DNA from: an uncultured Alphaproteobacteria bacterium
GTDB lineage: Bacteria > Pseudomonadota > Alphaproteobacteria > Micavibrionales > UBA9664
Direction of reading: 5' to 3'
NCBI GenBank assembly: GCA_964010795.1
Contig: CAXGMH010000003.1
Span: 1-62,266 of the forward strand
Length of the DNA: 62,266 bases
Below the pieces are notes generated by a model. It was given only the letters and a program-made list of their open reading frames with translations, had not been told where the DNA came from and did not search any database. The first letter of the stretch is position 1; each line of letters starts with the position of its first letter. Positions 48,072 to 58,006 of the stretch are shown piece by piece. Position numbers and translations under genes: made by a program.

Positions 48072-48857
48072 TTATCTCAGATTGGATGTTGTCTCCAGAA
48101 TACGGTCAGAAACTTGTACGACCTGAGAGTTCATTTCATAGGCACGTTGTGCCGAGATCATCTTGGTGATTTCCTCAACAGGATTGACGTTCGATGATTC
48201 CAGCAAACCTTGATCGATACGGCCAAAACCTTCTGAGTCGGGGCTACCTGTTACTGCGCCGCCGGAGGCTTCTGTTTCAAGGAAGAGGTTCTGACCGATG
48301 GCTTCAAGGCCGGCTTTGTTCGGGAACAAAGCTGTCTGAATTTGCCCCAGATTGGCCATATTGACCTGTCCGGGGAGTTTGGCGAGAACTTCACCGCTGG
48401 CGTTAATAACGATCTCCTGTGCGTCTTGAGGAACGGTTACGGCCGGCTCCAGAGGGTAGCCGCTGCTGGTGACCAGCTCACCGTCCTGGTTGATCTGTAA
48501 GGATCCGTCACGTGTATAAGCCGTTTCACCGCTTGGCATTTGCACTTGGAAATATCCTTCGCCGGCAATCGCCAAATCTAGCGGATTGCCTGTTTGTTCA
48601 AGCGAGCCTTGCAGATGGAGGCGGTGAACGGATGCTGTTTTCACACCAAGACCGAGCTGGATACCTGATGGGATAATTGTCCCGACATCAGAAGAGCTGG
48701 CGCCCGGACGCACAATGTTTTGATACAGCAAGTCCTGAAACTGTGCGCGTTGGCGTTTGTAACCATTTGTGTTCATGTTGGCGATGTTGTTTGAGATAAC
48801 ATCTACGTTGGTTTGCTGAGAGAGCATTCCTGTTGCGCCGATATTGAGTGATAGCAT
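48072..48857 (-). CDS. flgG: Distal rod protein
   Basis: ISNNIANMNT, FQDLLYQ, YTRDG, LESSNVN, AQRAYEMNS. Confidence 0.97.
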   Translation of the reverse strand: MLSLNIGATGMLSQQTNVDVISNNIANMNTNGYKRQRAQFQDLLYQNIVRPGASSSDVGTIIPSGIQLGLGVKTASVHRLHLQGSLEQTGNPLDLAIAGEGYFQVQMPSGETAYTRDGSLQINQDGELVTSSGYPLEPAVTVPQDAQEIVINASGEVLAKLPGQVNMANLGQIQTALFPNKAGLEAIGQNLFLETEASGGAVTGSPDSEGFGRIDQGLLESSNVNPVEEITKMISAQRAYEMNSQVVQVSDRILETTSNLR

Positions 48858-48904
48858 GGTTTCTTCCTTTCCTTCTTGTTTTAAGCGGCTATTCTTGCCG
48901 TTGC

Positions 48905-49636
48905 TTATGATTGTGTGTCGCCGAGTGAGCGGATGGCTGTTCGCATCCTTTCATGCTCGTCTTTTACGATTTGTGAACTGCGTTGATGATCTTGTGAAAT
49001 CTTAAGCATCCGCGTCATTTCAATGATTGGTTGCACGTTTGATTTCTCGACCATTCCTTGTTGTATAAAGCTGTTTTCCGCTGCCTGAGGTTGCGCATTT
49101 TTTGCCGCATAAAGGTTGTTACCTATCTGTGCGACTTCTTGAATATTATCAAATTCCCATACGCCGATTTGTCCGACTTGTGCGCCATCGGCCATAACTT
49201 CACCTGTTTTGGTGATTTTGATTTCATTGGTGCCGGCCGGAATTTGGATTGTGTTATCGCGTGTGTCCAGAACAGGATAGCCTTGTGATGTTACGATTTC
49301 GCCTGCGGCATTGAGCTGGAACTCACCGGCTCGGGTGTAGCGGGCTTCTGCAGCGGCGGTTTTGACTGAGAAATAGCCTTCACCTTCAATTGCCAGATCA
49401 AGGGGGGTGCCTGTTGTTTCGAAGGCACCTTGTGCCGTGTTCATGAACTGGCCGTAATCAGAGACCATTTCATAGGAATTGTTGCTGCCGCCCATTTTCT
49501 GAAGATATTCTTCAAACATTAAATGCTGGCTTTTGAAGCCTGTTGTATTGGCGTTGGCGATATTGTTGGCAATCAGATCGAGATTGCGTCTGACGCTTAG
49601 CTGTTTCGACAGCACAATGAGGCTGGTATTTTCCAT
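48905..49636 (-). CDS. flgF: Proximal rod protein
   Basis: IANNIANANTTGFK, YTRAG, EKSNV. Confidence 0.92.
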   Translation of the reverse strand: MENTSLIVLSKQLSVRRNLDLIANNIANANTTGFKSQHLMFEEYLQKMGGSNNSYEMVSDYGQFMNTAQGAFETTGTPLDLAIEGEGYFSVKTAAAEARYTRAGEFQLNAAGEIVTSQGYPVLDTRDNTIQIPAGTNEIKITKTGEVMADGAQVGQIGVWEFDNIQEVAQIGNNLYAAKNAQPQAAENSFIQQGMVEKSNVQPIIEMTRMLKISQDHQRSSQIVKDEHERMRTAIRSLGDTQS

Positions 49637-49721
49637 GCTTTTCGTCCTTTACCTTTTAAACCTTTGCCACCCTTTATTATCATTTGTGTTATGCGGGGCG
49701 GCTTTACCTGGTAAAAGACAT

Positions 49722-49769
49722 TGCGAGAAGCGTGCCAGTTTTTATATTTTCTTTTGTATCAATGGTTTA
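49722..49769 (-). promoter_or_regulatory. sigma54 promoter and IHF site for flgFGAH
   Basis: TGGCAC-GCTTC-TCGCA (49737-49722); TATCAA-TGGT-TTA (49757-49769) fits WATCAA-N4-TTR. Confidence 0.7.
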
Positions 49770-49831
49770 TGTATTTTTTGACGTTGTCGGAGATAATTCC
49801 CATATAGCCGCCAAAGGAAAAGAGGCTGGAA

Positions 49832-51451
49832 TTACCGGTCAGTTTTTTCCGTGTTTAGGAAAGAGGCTGCCAATAGGCGCTTTGTGTAAGCTTCTTGCGG
49901 TCTTTCAAAAACGTCTTCGGCGGAGCCCCTCTCAACCACTTTGCCGTCTTTCATGACAATAATGTTATGAGACATGGCTTTGACCACGCGTAAATCATGG
50001 CTGATGAAAAGATAGCTTAGTCGGCGCTCTTTTTGAATACGTCGCAAAAGGTCAAGCACACCGATTTGAACGGACATATCAAGTGCCGAGGTCGGCTCGT
50101 CCAAGGCAATGAGCTTTGGCTTTAGGATCAATGCGCGGGCAATGGCGATCCTCTGGCGTTGCCCGCCTGAGAATTCATGCGGGTAGCGGTCGGCCATAGA
50201 CGGAGAAAGCTCGACTTCCTCCAATGCCTGTTTGACACGTGTGTCGCGGTCGGATTTTTCCATGCCTTTATGGTGGACCAGTAACCCTTCTGCCAAAATA
50301 TCACCGACTGACATACGCGGGGATAGCGCGCCAAACGGATCTTGAAAGACAATTTGTATGTCTGCGCGTAGTGCTTTGAGCGCTTTACCGTTTAGGTCGT
50401 GGATGTTTTGGCCTTCAAACGTAATGGTTCCCGCGCTCGGGTTTATAAGTTTGAGTAAAGCGAATGCTAGGGTTGATTTACCTGAGCCGGACTCACCGAC
50501 TATGCCGAGCGTTTCACCTTCCCGAAGTTCGAGTGAAATGTTGTCGACAGCACGCACGACTTGTTTTGCCTGTCCAAAAAAGCTTTTAGTCTTTGGAAAA
50601 TGTACGGCAACATTATCTGCCTTTAAGATTGTTTTCGCATCCTGTGCCATCGCTGCGGGTTGGCCGCTGGGCAGAGCCGCCATTAGTTTCTGGGTATAGG
50701 GGTGCTCAGGCGTGTCAAAGATAGATGTGACGCTCCCATGCTCGACAATCTCGCCATCCTTCATGACGCATACCCGTGTACAGTGATGTTTGACCAGATT
50801 GAGGTCGTGACTGATAAGTAAGAGTGCCATGCCGAGTTCTTGTTGTAGACGTTTGAGCAAGGCAAGTATCTCAGCCTGTACAGTGACATCGAGTGCCGTG
50901 GTTGGTTCGTCGGCAATCAGAAGGTCCGGCTTATTGGCAAGAGCCATTGCAATCATGACACGCTGGCGCTGGCCACCTGAGAGCTCATGCGGATAGGCAT
51001 CAAGACGATCTTGTAAAATGTCCAGCTGAACCAGTTTTAATAATTCTCTTGTTTCTTTAAGAGCCGCGTCTTTGCTCATGCCTTGATGTAGACGCAAAGT
51101 TTCGCCGATTTGTTTGCCAATTGTATGCAGCGGGTTGAGCGCTGTCATCGGCTCCTGAAAGATCATGCCGATTCTTCGTCCGCGAATTTGATTAAGGGTC
51201 TGCTCTTTGGCTGCTACAAGTTCTTGGCCGTCATATGTGATCTGGCCGTTTGGGTTAGAGGCGCTCGGGTAGGGGAGCAGCTGTAATATAGAAAGAGCAG
51301 TTACAGATTTGCCCGAGCCGGACTCGCCGATAAGAGCTACGCTTTCTCCTTTTTGGATGTTAAAGCTGATATTGCGGGCTGCACTGACCAGACGGTCTTT
51401 GCTGCGAAAATCAATGCTGAGATTATCTACTTTTAATAAGGGCATACTCAT
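49832..51451 (-). CDS. yejF: ABC transporter ATPase with two ATPase domains
   Basis: Two GESGSGKS; LSGGQ and FSGGQ; DEPT. Confidence 0.88.
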   Translation of the reverse strand: MSMPLLKVDNLSIDFRSKDRLVSAARNISFNIQKGESVALIGESGSGKSVTALSILQLLPYPSASNPNGQITYDGQELVAAKEQTLNQIRGRRIGMIFQEPMTALNPLHTIGKQIGETLRLHQGMSKDAALKETRELLKLVQLDILQDRLDAYPHELSGGQRQRVMIAMALANKPDLLIADEPTTALDVTVQAEILALLKRLQQELGMALLLISHDLNLVKHHCTRVCVMKDGEIVEHGSVTSIFDTPEHPYTQKLMAALPSGQPAAMAQDAKTILKADNVAVHFPKTKSFFGQAKQVVRAVDNISLELREGETLGIVGESGSGKSTLAFALLKLINPSAGTITFEGQNIHDLNGKALKALRADIQIVFQDPFGALSPRMSVGDILAEGLLVHHKGMEKSDRDTRVKQALEEVELSPSMADRYPHEFSGGQRQRIAIARALILKPKLIALDEPTSALDMSVQIGVLDLLRRIQKERRLSYLFISHDLRVVKAMSHNIIVMKDGKVVERGSAEDVFERPQEAYTKRLLAASFLNTEKTDR

Positions 51452-51504
51452 ATAACGCAGGATATATGGTGCGCTTATTGAAGTCTATACGAGATGTGAG
51501 GTTT

Positions 51505-51609
51505 TTAGCCTCGGGATTTGGTCTTGACGCGGGATGCTGCTTTGTTGCGTGAAAGCAGATAAGTCATAGTCAAAGTGCCAATAAACGAAGCGATAAATAA
51601 AACAGTCAC
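51505..51609 (-). CDS. Small membrane protein (34 aa)
   Basis: GTG start with AAGGAAAGGA RBS; MTVLFIASFIGTLTMTYLLSRNKAASRVKTKSRG. Confidence 0.5.
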   Translation of the reverse strand: MTVLFIASFIGTLTMTYLLSRNKAASRVKTKSRG

Positions 51610-51696
51610 GAAACAGATCCTTTCCTTATCTTTCTAATATATACCAGAAGCTCTTAAGGAAAAGCAAACATATTATGAAAAATATGAGGGGTTACG

Positions 51697-52752
51697 TTAT
51701 AAGCTTGTTTTTCTGGGATCAAAGGCATCACGTACAGCCTCGCCGATAAATGTCAGCAAAGTAAGCACGGTCGCGAGAGAGACAAAGGCGGTTAAGCCAA
51801 GCCACGGCGCTTGTAGGTTGTTTTTCCCCTGTGCTAGCATTTCTCCGATTGAAGGAGATCCGGGCGGGAGGCCGAGACCAAGAAAGTCCAGTGAGGTCAG
51901 TGCTGTGATAGAACCCGTTAGGATAAAGGGCATAAAGGTCAATGTTGCGACCATGGCATTGGGCAGGACATGGCGTTTCATGATGACAAGGTCGTGAACG
52001 CCCAAGGCGCGTGCTGCTCGTACATAGTCAAAATTACGGGCGCGCAAGAACTCGGCGCGCACGACATCGACAAGTCTTGTCCATGAGAATAAGAGGAGAA
52101 TCAGCAGCAGGCTCAAAAAGCTTGGCTCAATCAGGCTTGCCATGATGATGAGGATGAACAGCTCGGGCAGGCCGGACCATATCTCGATAAAACGTTGAAA
52201 CAGCAGGTCGACAGTCCCACCGTAAAACCCTTGTACAGCACCTGCGATCACGCCAATAATGGTGCTTAATACTGTGAGGGCGAGTCCGAATAGAACAGAC
52301 AGCCGCATCCCGTGGATAAGGCGGGCAAGGACGTCTCGTCCCTGATCGTCTGTACCAAGCCAGTTTTCTGTTGATGGCGGCGAAGGGGCGGGGACGGTCA
52401 AATTGTAATTAATGGTGTCATAGCTGAAGGGGATAGGGGGCCATATCATCCATCCCTTTTCGTGAATAAGATCGGTTACAAAAGGGTCACGGTAATCGGC
52501 TTCGGTCTCGAAGTCACCGCCGAATTCGGTTTCCGCGTAGCTGATAATCATGGGAAAATAGAGTTGATCTTCAAATTTAATAAGCAGTGGTTTGTCATTT
52601 GCGACTATGTCTGCAAATAGCATAAAGAGGAATAAAAACAGGAAAATCCACAAAGACCAGAAGCCGCGCTTATTGGCGCAAAACTGTTCGAGCCTACGTT
52701 TAGCGATAGGGGAAAGCCTGTCTTTCCAAGATGTTGCTGGTGCTTGATCCAT
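51697..52752 (-). CDS. yejE: ABC transporter permease
   Basis: ANKRGFWSL, ANDKPL, LGTDDQGRDVLAR, DAFDPR. Confidence 0.9.
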   Translation of the reverse strand: MDQAPATSWKDRLSPIAKRRLEQFCANKRGFWSLWIFLFLFLFMLFADIVANDKPLLIKFEDQLYFPMIISYAETEFGGDFETEADYRDPFVTDLIHEKGWMIWPPIPFSYDTINYNLTVPAPSPPSTENWLGTDDQGRDVLARLIHGMRLSVLFGLALTVLSTIIGVIAGAVQGFYGGTVDLLFQRFIEIWSGLPELFILIIMASLIEPSFLSLLLILLLFSWTRLVDVVRAEFLRARNFDYVRAARALGVHDLVIMKRHVLPNAMVATLTFMPFILTGSITALTSLDFLGLGLPPGSPSIGEMLAQGKNNLQAPWLGLTAFVSLATVLTLLTFIGEAVRDAFDPRKTSL

Positions 52753-52769
52753 AAAAAATTATCTATATC

Positions 52770-52795
52770 TTAACAAATCTTAATACAATCCTAAC
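52770..52795. promoter_or_regulatory. Near-consensus CtrA box upstream of fliF
   Basis: TTAA-TACAATC-CTAAC at 52780-52795 plus a further TTAAC half-site. Confidence 0.4.
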
Positions 52796-52941
52796 CGCTG
52801 CTGCGGTATAATCTGATTTGGTATGAGCTTATCCTTTTTGCTGTGTAAATTCAATTCGTTGCGCAGTCGAGAAAACTCATATATATTAATAAGCATCGGC
52901 AGTAGGCTAGACAATACACATTCAGTGAGTTCGCACAAAGT

Positions 52942-54639
52942 ATGGCACAAAATAATTTTATAGATACATTAAAAGGCCTTGGTCCGGCACGTCTCGGCGT
53001 GATGGGTATCGTGATATTCATGTTACTTATCTTTTTCGTGTTTGTGTCCTTCCGTGTGTCAGAGCCGAGCCTGTCTATGCTGTATTCTGATTTGACCTCA
53101 ACCGACAGTGCGGCTGTTGCTGCCGAGCTTGAGGGGAATAGTATCCGCTATCAGGTTTCTGCGGATGGGACAAAGGTATTTGTACCTGAAAGCGAGATCG
53201 GACGTGCACGGATGCTTCTTGCCGAGGCGGGACTGCCGAATGGCGGCTCTCTTGGGTATGAGGTGTTTGACAAGCAATCAGGCTTCGGCAGCACGACCTT
53301 TATGCAGAATTTAAATAAAAAGCGGGCTCTTGAAGGTGAGTTGTCGCGCACGATTATGGCTCTCGATCAAGTGGTCGGTGCAAAGGTGCATATTGTGTTG
53401 CCAACTCGCGAGTTGTTCGCGCGTGAGGCGCGTGAGGCGACGGCCAGCGTTACGCTTAAGCTTAATCCTGCGGCAAGACTCAACCAAAAACAGATTTATG
53501 CGATCCAGAATCTGGTTGCCAATGCCGTACCCGAGCTGCGTGCTCGTGCAGTGACAATTTTGGATAATGAGGCGAATTTGCTCGCGGGTGGTGATCGTGA
53601 CGATGATGGGACTGCTATGGGCGGTGTCGGTTCTCGCGCAGATGAAATGCGTCGTAGTTTCGAAGCGCGCATGACGCGCTCTATTGAGGATTTGGTCGGC
53701 CGCGTGGTCGGTATTAATCAGGTTCGCGCAACTGTGACTGCCGATCTTGATTTTGACCGTGTTTCAACCAATGCTGAGATCTATGATCCGGAAGGGCAGG
53801 TTACCCGTTCTACTCAGGTGATTGAGGAAAGTGAGCGTGAAACGCAGGCCGGAAATCAGGCTGTGACCGTGGATAATAACCTGCCGGGGTTGGAGGGGCT
53901 TGATGGCGGCGGCTCTGCCGGCCCCGCTTCCGAGACTTCTCGTATTGAAGAATTGACCAATTTTGAAATTTCTAAAACGATTCAAAGCACTGTGCGCGAA
54001 AGTGGTGAGGTTCAACGTTTGTCGGTTGCTGTAATCGTTGACGGGACATACACAACAGACGCTGAGGGTAACCGTGTTTATGAGCCGCGCTCGGAACAGG
54101 AAATGAATCAGATCAGAACGCTTGTCCGCTCGGCTGTGGGCTTTGACCAAAGTCGTGGCGACTCACTTGAAGTCGTGAATTTGCGCTTTGCCGAGATGGA
54201 TTTCGAAGATCCAGAGGCCGAGAATATGATTTTCGGGTTTAGGCGGAGTGAGCTGTTGGAGACGGTTCAGATGCTCACGCTTGGTATTATGCTTCTGCTG
54301 GTTATCTTGCTTGTTGTGAAGCCGATCCTGACCCAGCTTTTCCGCTCTATGCAGGAAGTGGTCGAGGAAGATGACGATAGAGTTGATCCGCTTCTTGAGG
54401 CGCAAAGCAAGGCGGCGCTTGCGCCACCATCTCAAGGCGGCGGTGATGGCGAGCATTATGGCGACTCGGAGTTGAATTTCGAAGGCGCTGGCGGGCAGTC
54501 GCAAGATGGCATCTCTATCGATATGGCCGCCGTGCAAGGTAAGGTTAAAGCATCGACTGTTAAGAAGGTTGGTGAAATTGTGAACTCACATCCGAATGAA
54601 ACCGTGTCTGTTATCAGGCAGTGGATGAGTTCGGATTAA
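52942..54639 (+). CDS. fliF: Flagellar MS-ring protein
   Basis: GYEVFD, RALEGELSRTI, RLSVAVIVDG, AVGFD..RGD. Confidence 0.96.
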   Translation: MAQNNFIDTLKGLGPARLGVMGIVIFMLLIFFVFVSFRVSEPSLSMLYSDLTSTDSAAVAAELEGNSIRYQVSADGTKVFVPESEIGRARMLLAEAGLPNGGSLGYEVFDKQSGFGSTTFMQNLNKKRALEGELSRTIMALDQVVGAKVHIVLPTRELFAREAREATASVTLKLNPAARLNQKQIYAIQNLVANAVPELRARAVTILDNEANLLAGGDRDDDGTAMGGVGSRADEMRRSFEARMTRSIEDLVGRVVGINQVRATVTADLDFDRVSTNAEIYDPEGQVTRSTQVIEESERETQAGNQAVTVDNNLPGLEGLDGGGSAGPASETSRIEELTNFEISKTIQSTVRESGEVQRLSVAVIVDGTYTTDAEGNRVYEPRSEQEMNQIRTLVRSAVGFDQSRGDSLEVVNLRFAEMDFEDPEAENMIFGFRRSELLETVQMLTLGIMLLLVILLVVKPILTQLFRSMQEVVEEDDDRVDPLLEAQSKAALAPPSQGGGDGEHYGDSELNFEGAGGQSQDGISIDMAAVQGKVKASTVKKVGEIVNSHPNETVSVIRQWMSSD

Positions 54640-54674
54640 ACCGAACGAAATAAGAAAAGAGTAGTAAAGAGGCT

Positions 54675-55700
54675 ATGGCAGGATTACGCGTAAGAGAGGA
54701 CTATAGAACGCTATCAGGTGCTGAAAAGGCAGCTATTTTTATGCTGGCCTTGGGAGAAGATCATGCCAAACGTCTTTTCGAATATATGGATGACGAAGAG
54801 ATCTTAGAGGTTTCTCAAGTGATGTCGAGCCTCGGTAAGGTTAATGCCTCTATCGTTGAGCGCTTGTTTGTTGATTTTGCCGAGCAGATGTCGGGTACAT
54901 CGTCTTTGGTAGGTTCTCTTGATACAACAGAGCGCCTGTTGAGCCGTGTTCTTGGGAAGGACAAGGTCGGCGATATCATGGAGGAAATTCGTGGTCCCGC
55001 CGGGCGAACTATGTGGGAAAAGCTTGGTAATGTGAATGAAGATGTGCTTGCCAGTTTTTTGCAGAAAGAATACCCGCAAACTGTTGCCGTGGTTTTATCT
55101 AAAATTGCGACAGACCATGCGGCAAAGGTTTTGGCGCTGATGCCCGAGAATTTTGCTGTTGAGGTTATGCAGCGTATGCTGAAGATGGAGGCTGTGACGA
55201 AGGAAGTTATCGAGGATGTCGAGAAAACCTTGCGCACAGAGTTTATGTCGAATTTGGCGCGTACAAGCCGTCGTGACTCGCATGAAATGATGGCTGAGAT
55301 TTTCAACAATATGGAGCGTGCCGCCGAGTCGAAGTTTATGGAAGCTCTTGAGTCGCAAATGCCTGATGCAGCCGAGAAAATTCGTTCTTTGATGTTTACA
55401 TTTGACGATCTTGAGGGGCTGGATCCTGCGTCGATGCAAACGCTCATCCGTGCGGTGGACAAGGAGAAGCTTCCTATGGCTTTGAAGGGGGCATCGGATA
55501 CTGTGAAAGATTTGTTCTTCTCGAATATGTCAGAGCGTGCTGCGAAGATTATGCGCGAGGATATGGAGGCAATGGGGCCTGTGAAGCTTAAGGATGTGGA
55601 AGAGTCCCAAACCTACGTTGTTAATATCGCCAAAGACCTTGAGGCTAGGGGCGAGATCACAATCGCTTCTGATGCCGCAGAAGACCAGATGATATATTAA
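54675..55700 (+). CDS. fliG: Flagellar motor switch protein
   Basis: [28 protein letters not shown]. Confidence 0.96.
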   Translation: MAGLRVREDYRTLSGAEKAAIFMLALGEDHAKRLFEYMDDEEILEVSQVMSSLGKVNASIVERLFVDFAEQMSGTSSLVGSLDTTERLLSRVLGKDKVGDIMEEIRGPAGRTMWEKLGNVNEDVLASFLQKEYPQTVAVVLSKIATDHAAKVLALMPENFAVEVMQRMLKMEAVTKEVIEDVEKTLRTEFMSNLARTSRRDSHEMMAEIFNNMERAAESKFMEALESQMPDAAEKIRSLMFTFDDLEGLDPASMQTLIRAVDKEKLPMALKGASDTVKDLFFSNMSERAAKIMREDMEAMGPVKLKDVEESQTYVVNIAKDLEARGEITIASDAAEDQMIY

Positions 55701-55759
55701 TGCTCTTTGCCGCTTCGTGGCGATAAGAGGTATTTCAAATAAGCGCAAACAGGATAATC

Positions 55760-56578
55760 GTGGAAAAGTTTTTCTTTGATGAAAATAAATTTGATGAGCC
55801 GCAAAAGCCAAAAGAGCCGGAGGCTCCGCCACCGCCGACCTTTTCTGAGGAAGAGCTGGCTGCGGCAAGGCAAGAGGCGTATGATCGCGGTCTCGAAGAT
55901 GGTGTACGTCAGGGCAAGGATGAAGCTTTTCAGTCGATAGATCAGGAAATATCTCAAAAGATCAGTGCTTTATCCGTTCAAATTCAGGCACTGAATGAGG
56001 CTGAAGAGGCGCGCCGCCGTTTGTTCGAGCGTGAAGCTGTCGCTTTGACCTTATCTGTCTGTGAGAAGCTGCTGCCTGACTTTAAAAAAATAAGTCAGGG
56101 TAGGGACTTAGAGGGCTTTGTTTTGTCAAAAATTGCACAAGAGGATGAGCCTGAAAAACTGTCTATTCGCATTCACCCCGATCAGGCTAAGCGCCTCGAG
56201 GAAATTATCAATGAGAAACTTCCCGGCGTAGATCTTACTGTGCGGTCTGACCCGTCTATGGATATAGAGGATGTCGTTATCAGTTGGGGTGACGGCGGTG
56301 TGCAGCGTAAGGTCGCTCAGGTTCAGGCGCAAATCATGCAGGTTCTGGAGGATGAGCTTGCTCGATTTGACGCCGCTTATGGCGTGGGGATGAGTGAGAC
56401 AGGTGGGGAACTTGCTTCTGATATGGGTGAAACGCCCGTTGATGCAGAGGCTGAGGGCGTTGTTTTGGAAGAGGACGCTGAGCTCAAACGGAGCTCCGAG
56501 GAAGACGTTTCTGAGTTAGACCCTATGGAGCCGGATGTGGATAAGCTGGATGAAACTGAGGCGGATGAGAAATCTTAG
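55760..56578 (+). CDS. fliH: Flagellar assembly protein
   Basis: KFFFD..FD, GxxxG repeat, IHP, WGDGG; between fliG and fliN. Confidence 0.75.
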   Translation: MEKFFFDENKFDEPQKPKEPEAPPPPTFSEEELAAARQEAYDRGLEDGVRQGKDEAFQSIDQEISQKISALSVQIQALNEAEEARRRLFEREAVALTLSVCEKLLPDFKKISQGRDLEGFVLSKIAQEDEPEKLSIRIHPDQAKRLEEIINEKLPGVDLTVRSDPSMDIEDVVISWGDGGVQRKVAQVQAQIMQVLEDELARFDAAYGVGMSETGGELASDMGETPVDAEAEGVVLEEDAELKRSSEEDVSELDPMEPDVDKLDETEADEKS

Positions 56579-56653
56579 GCTTGAGGCGAAGCGGCAAACA
56601 TCTTAAACTCTTTTTAATGATGTCGTATTAATACTGTTTTAAGGAATGCAAAC

Positions 56654-57064
56654 ATGGCTGACGACGAAAACAACAACAATGAAGACACGGCGCAGGCTGA
56701 GAATGCAGGTGCTGATGAGGCTGCGACGATAAAGGATGCGATGTCTCTGGAAGAGATGCGCGACCCGAGTGATAACCATGATGAAGCCGAGAATTTTGAG
56801 TTCGGTGAGCCGATGGTTCAGGATGTCGAGGCAATTTATGATGTGCCGGTTCAGATATCTGCGGTTCTGGGGCGTTCTACAATGCAGGTTTCTCAGTTGC
56901 TGAAACTTGGTCGTGGAGCCGTCGTTGAGCTTGACCGCAAAGTCGGTGAGGCGATTGATATCTATGTGAATAACCGCCTGGTTGCGCGTGGTGAAGTTGT
57001 CGTCGTCGAAGATAAGCTTGGCGTTACAATGACTGAGATTATTAAATCCGACAGGTCGAGCTAA
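56654..57064 (+). CDS. fliN: Flagellar motor switch protein
   Basis: DVPVQISAVLG, VELDRKVGE, ARGEVVVV. Confidence 0.95.
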   Translation: MADDENNNNEDTAQAENAGADEAATIKDAMSLEEMRDPSDNHDEAENFEFGEPMVQDVEAIYDVPVQISAVLGRSTMQVSQLLKLGRGAVVELDRKVGEAIDIYVNNRLVARGEVVVVEDKLGVTMTEIIKSDRSS

Positions 57065-57099
57065 ATAACGCCGACCGGTCGAAACATTAAGGGCAAGAA

Positions 57100-57969
57100 A
57101 TGGCCGAAACAGACACACAATCAGCACCGGAAAAAAATGCAGGTGCGGCTGCCGCAAAGGGGCCGTCCAGTATCCGTATTCACCCTCCCGGTCAGCAGGT
57201 TGATTATATCACGATTGGTGGGCTGTTTATTGCTCTGGGTCTTATTGCCTCGGCGCTGGTCGTCGGCGGGTCTCCGCAAGCATTCTTAAACCCTGCGGCA
57301 TTGATGATCGTTCTTGGCGGTACTTTGGCTGTAACGGCCGTGTCCTATGCGAAATCCGATCTTGCGAAATTGGGGCGTATTATCTTTTCTACGCTTATCC
57401 ATCCGTCTCGGGCGCCAAGGCAAATGGCTATGCAGCTTATGGATCTGGCGGTGGTTGCTCGTCAGCGCGGTGTTCTGGCGCTTGGCGATCATATGGATGA
57501 AATGAAAAAAGATCCAGATTTGCACAAGGCATTTGAATATGTGATTGACGGTTTTGAGACAGATAAAATTTACATGATTTTACAACAAGAGCTCGATTCT
57601 GCGACCGAGATATCCCGCAAATCATCGGGGATATTGCGCCGAGCAGCTGAGGTGGCGCCTGCGATGGGGTTAATCGGAACTCTGGTGGGGCTTGTTCAGA
57701 TGCTTTCTGTGTTGAAAGAGCCGGATAACATCGGGCCGGCCATGGCGATCGCGCTTTTGACAACATTTTACGGCGCTTTGCTTGGGACTGTTGTTATTTC
57801 TCCTTTGGCTGCAAAGGTGGAGCGCAACAGCAACCAGGATGCTTTGATTAAATCAATGATCCTGACGACTGTGCTTTCTATTTCCCATCAGGAAAATCCG
57901 CGCCAGTTAGAGTTGCAACTCAATGCCTTGCTCCCACCCGATGAACGCATTATATATTTTAGTACATAA
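57100..57969 (+). CDS. motA: Flagellar stator protein MotA/PomA
   Basis: IVLGGT, APAMGLIGTLVGLV, ALLTTFYG, ENPR. Confidence 0.9.
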   Translation: MAETDTQSAPEKNAGAAAAKGPSSIRIHPPGQQVDYITIGGLFIALGLIASALVVGGSPQAFLNPAALMIVLGGTLAVTAVSYAKSDLAKLGRIIFSTLIHPSRAPRQMAMQLMDLAVVARQRGVLALGDHMDEMKKDPDLHKAFEYVIDGFETDKIYMILQQELDSATEISRKSSGILRRAAEVAPAMGLIGTLVGLVQMLSVLKEPDNIGPAMAIALLTTFYGALLGTVVISPLAAKVERNSNQDALIKSMILTTVLSISHQENPRQLELQLNALLPPDERIIYFST

Positions 57970-58006
57970 AACGAACGTTATATGAATGATATGAGGGGTA
58001 ATCTCT

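Noticed and set aside
49787-49802. TCGGAGATAATTCCCA as a fifth repressor operator
   Set aside because: Weaker match, and its position upstream of a sigma54/IHF promoter fits an FlbD enhancer equally well
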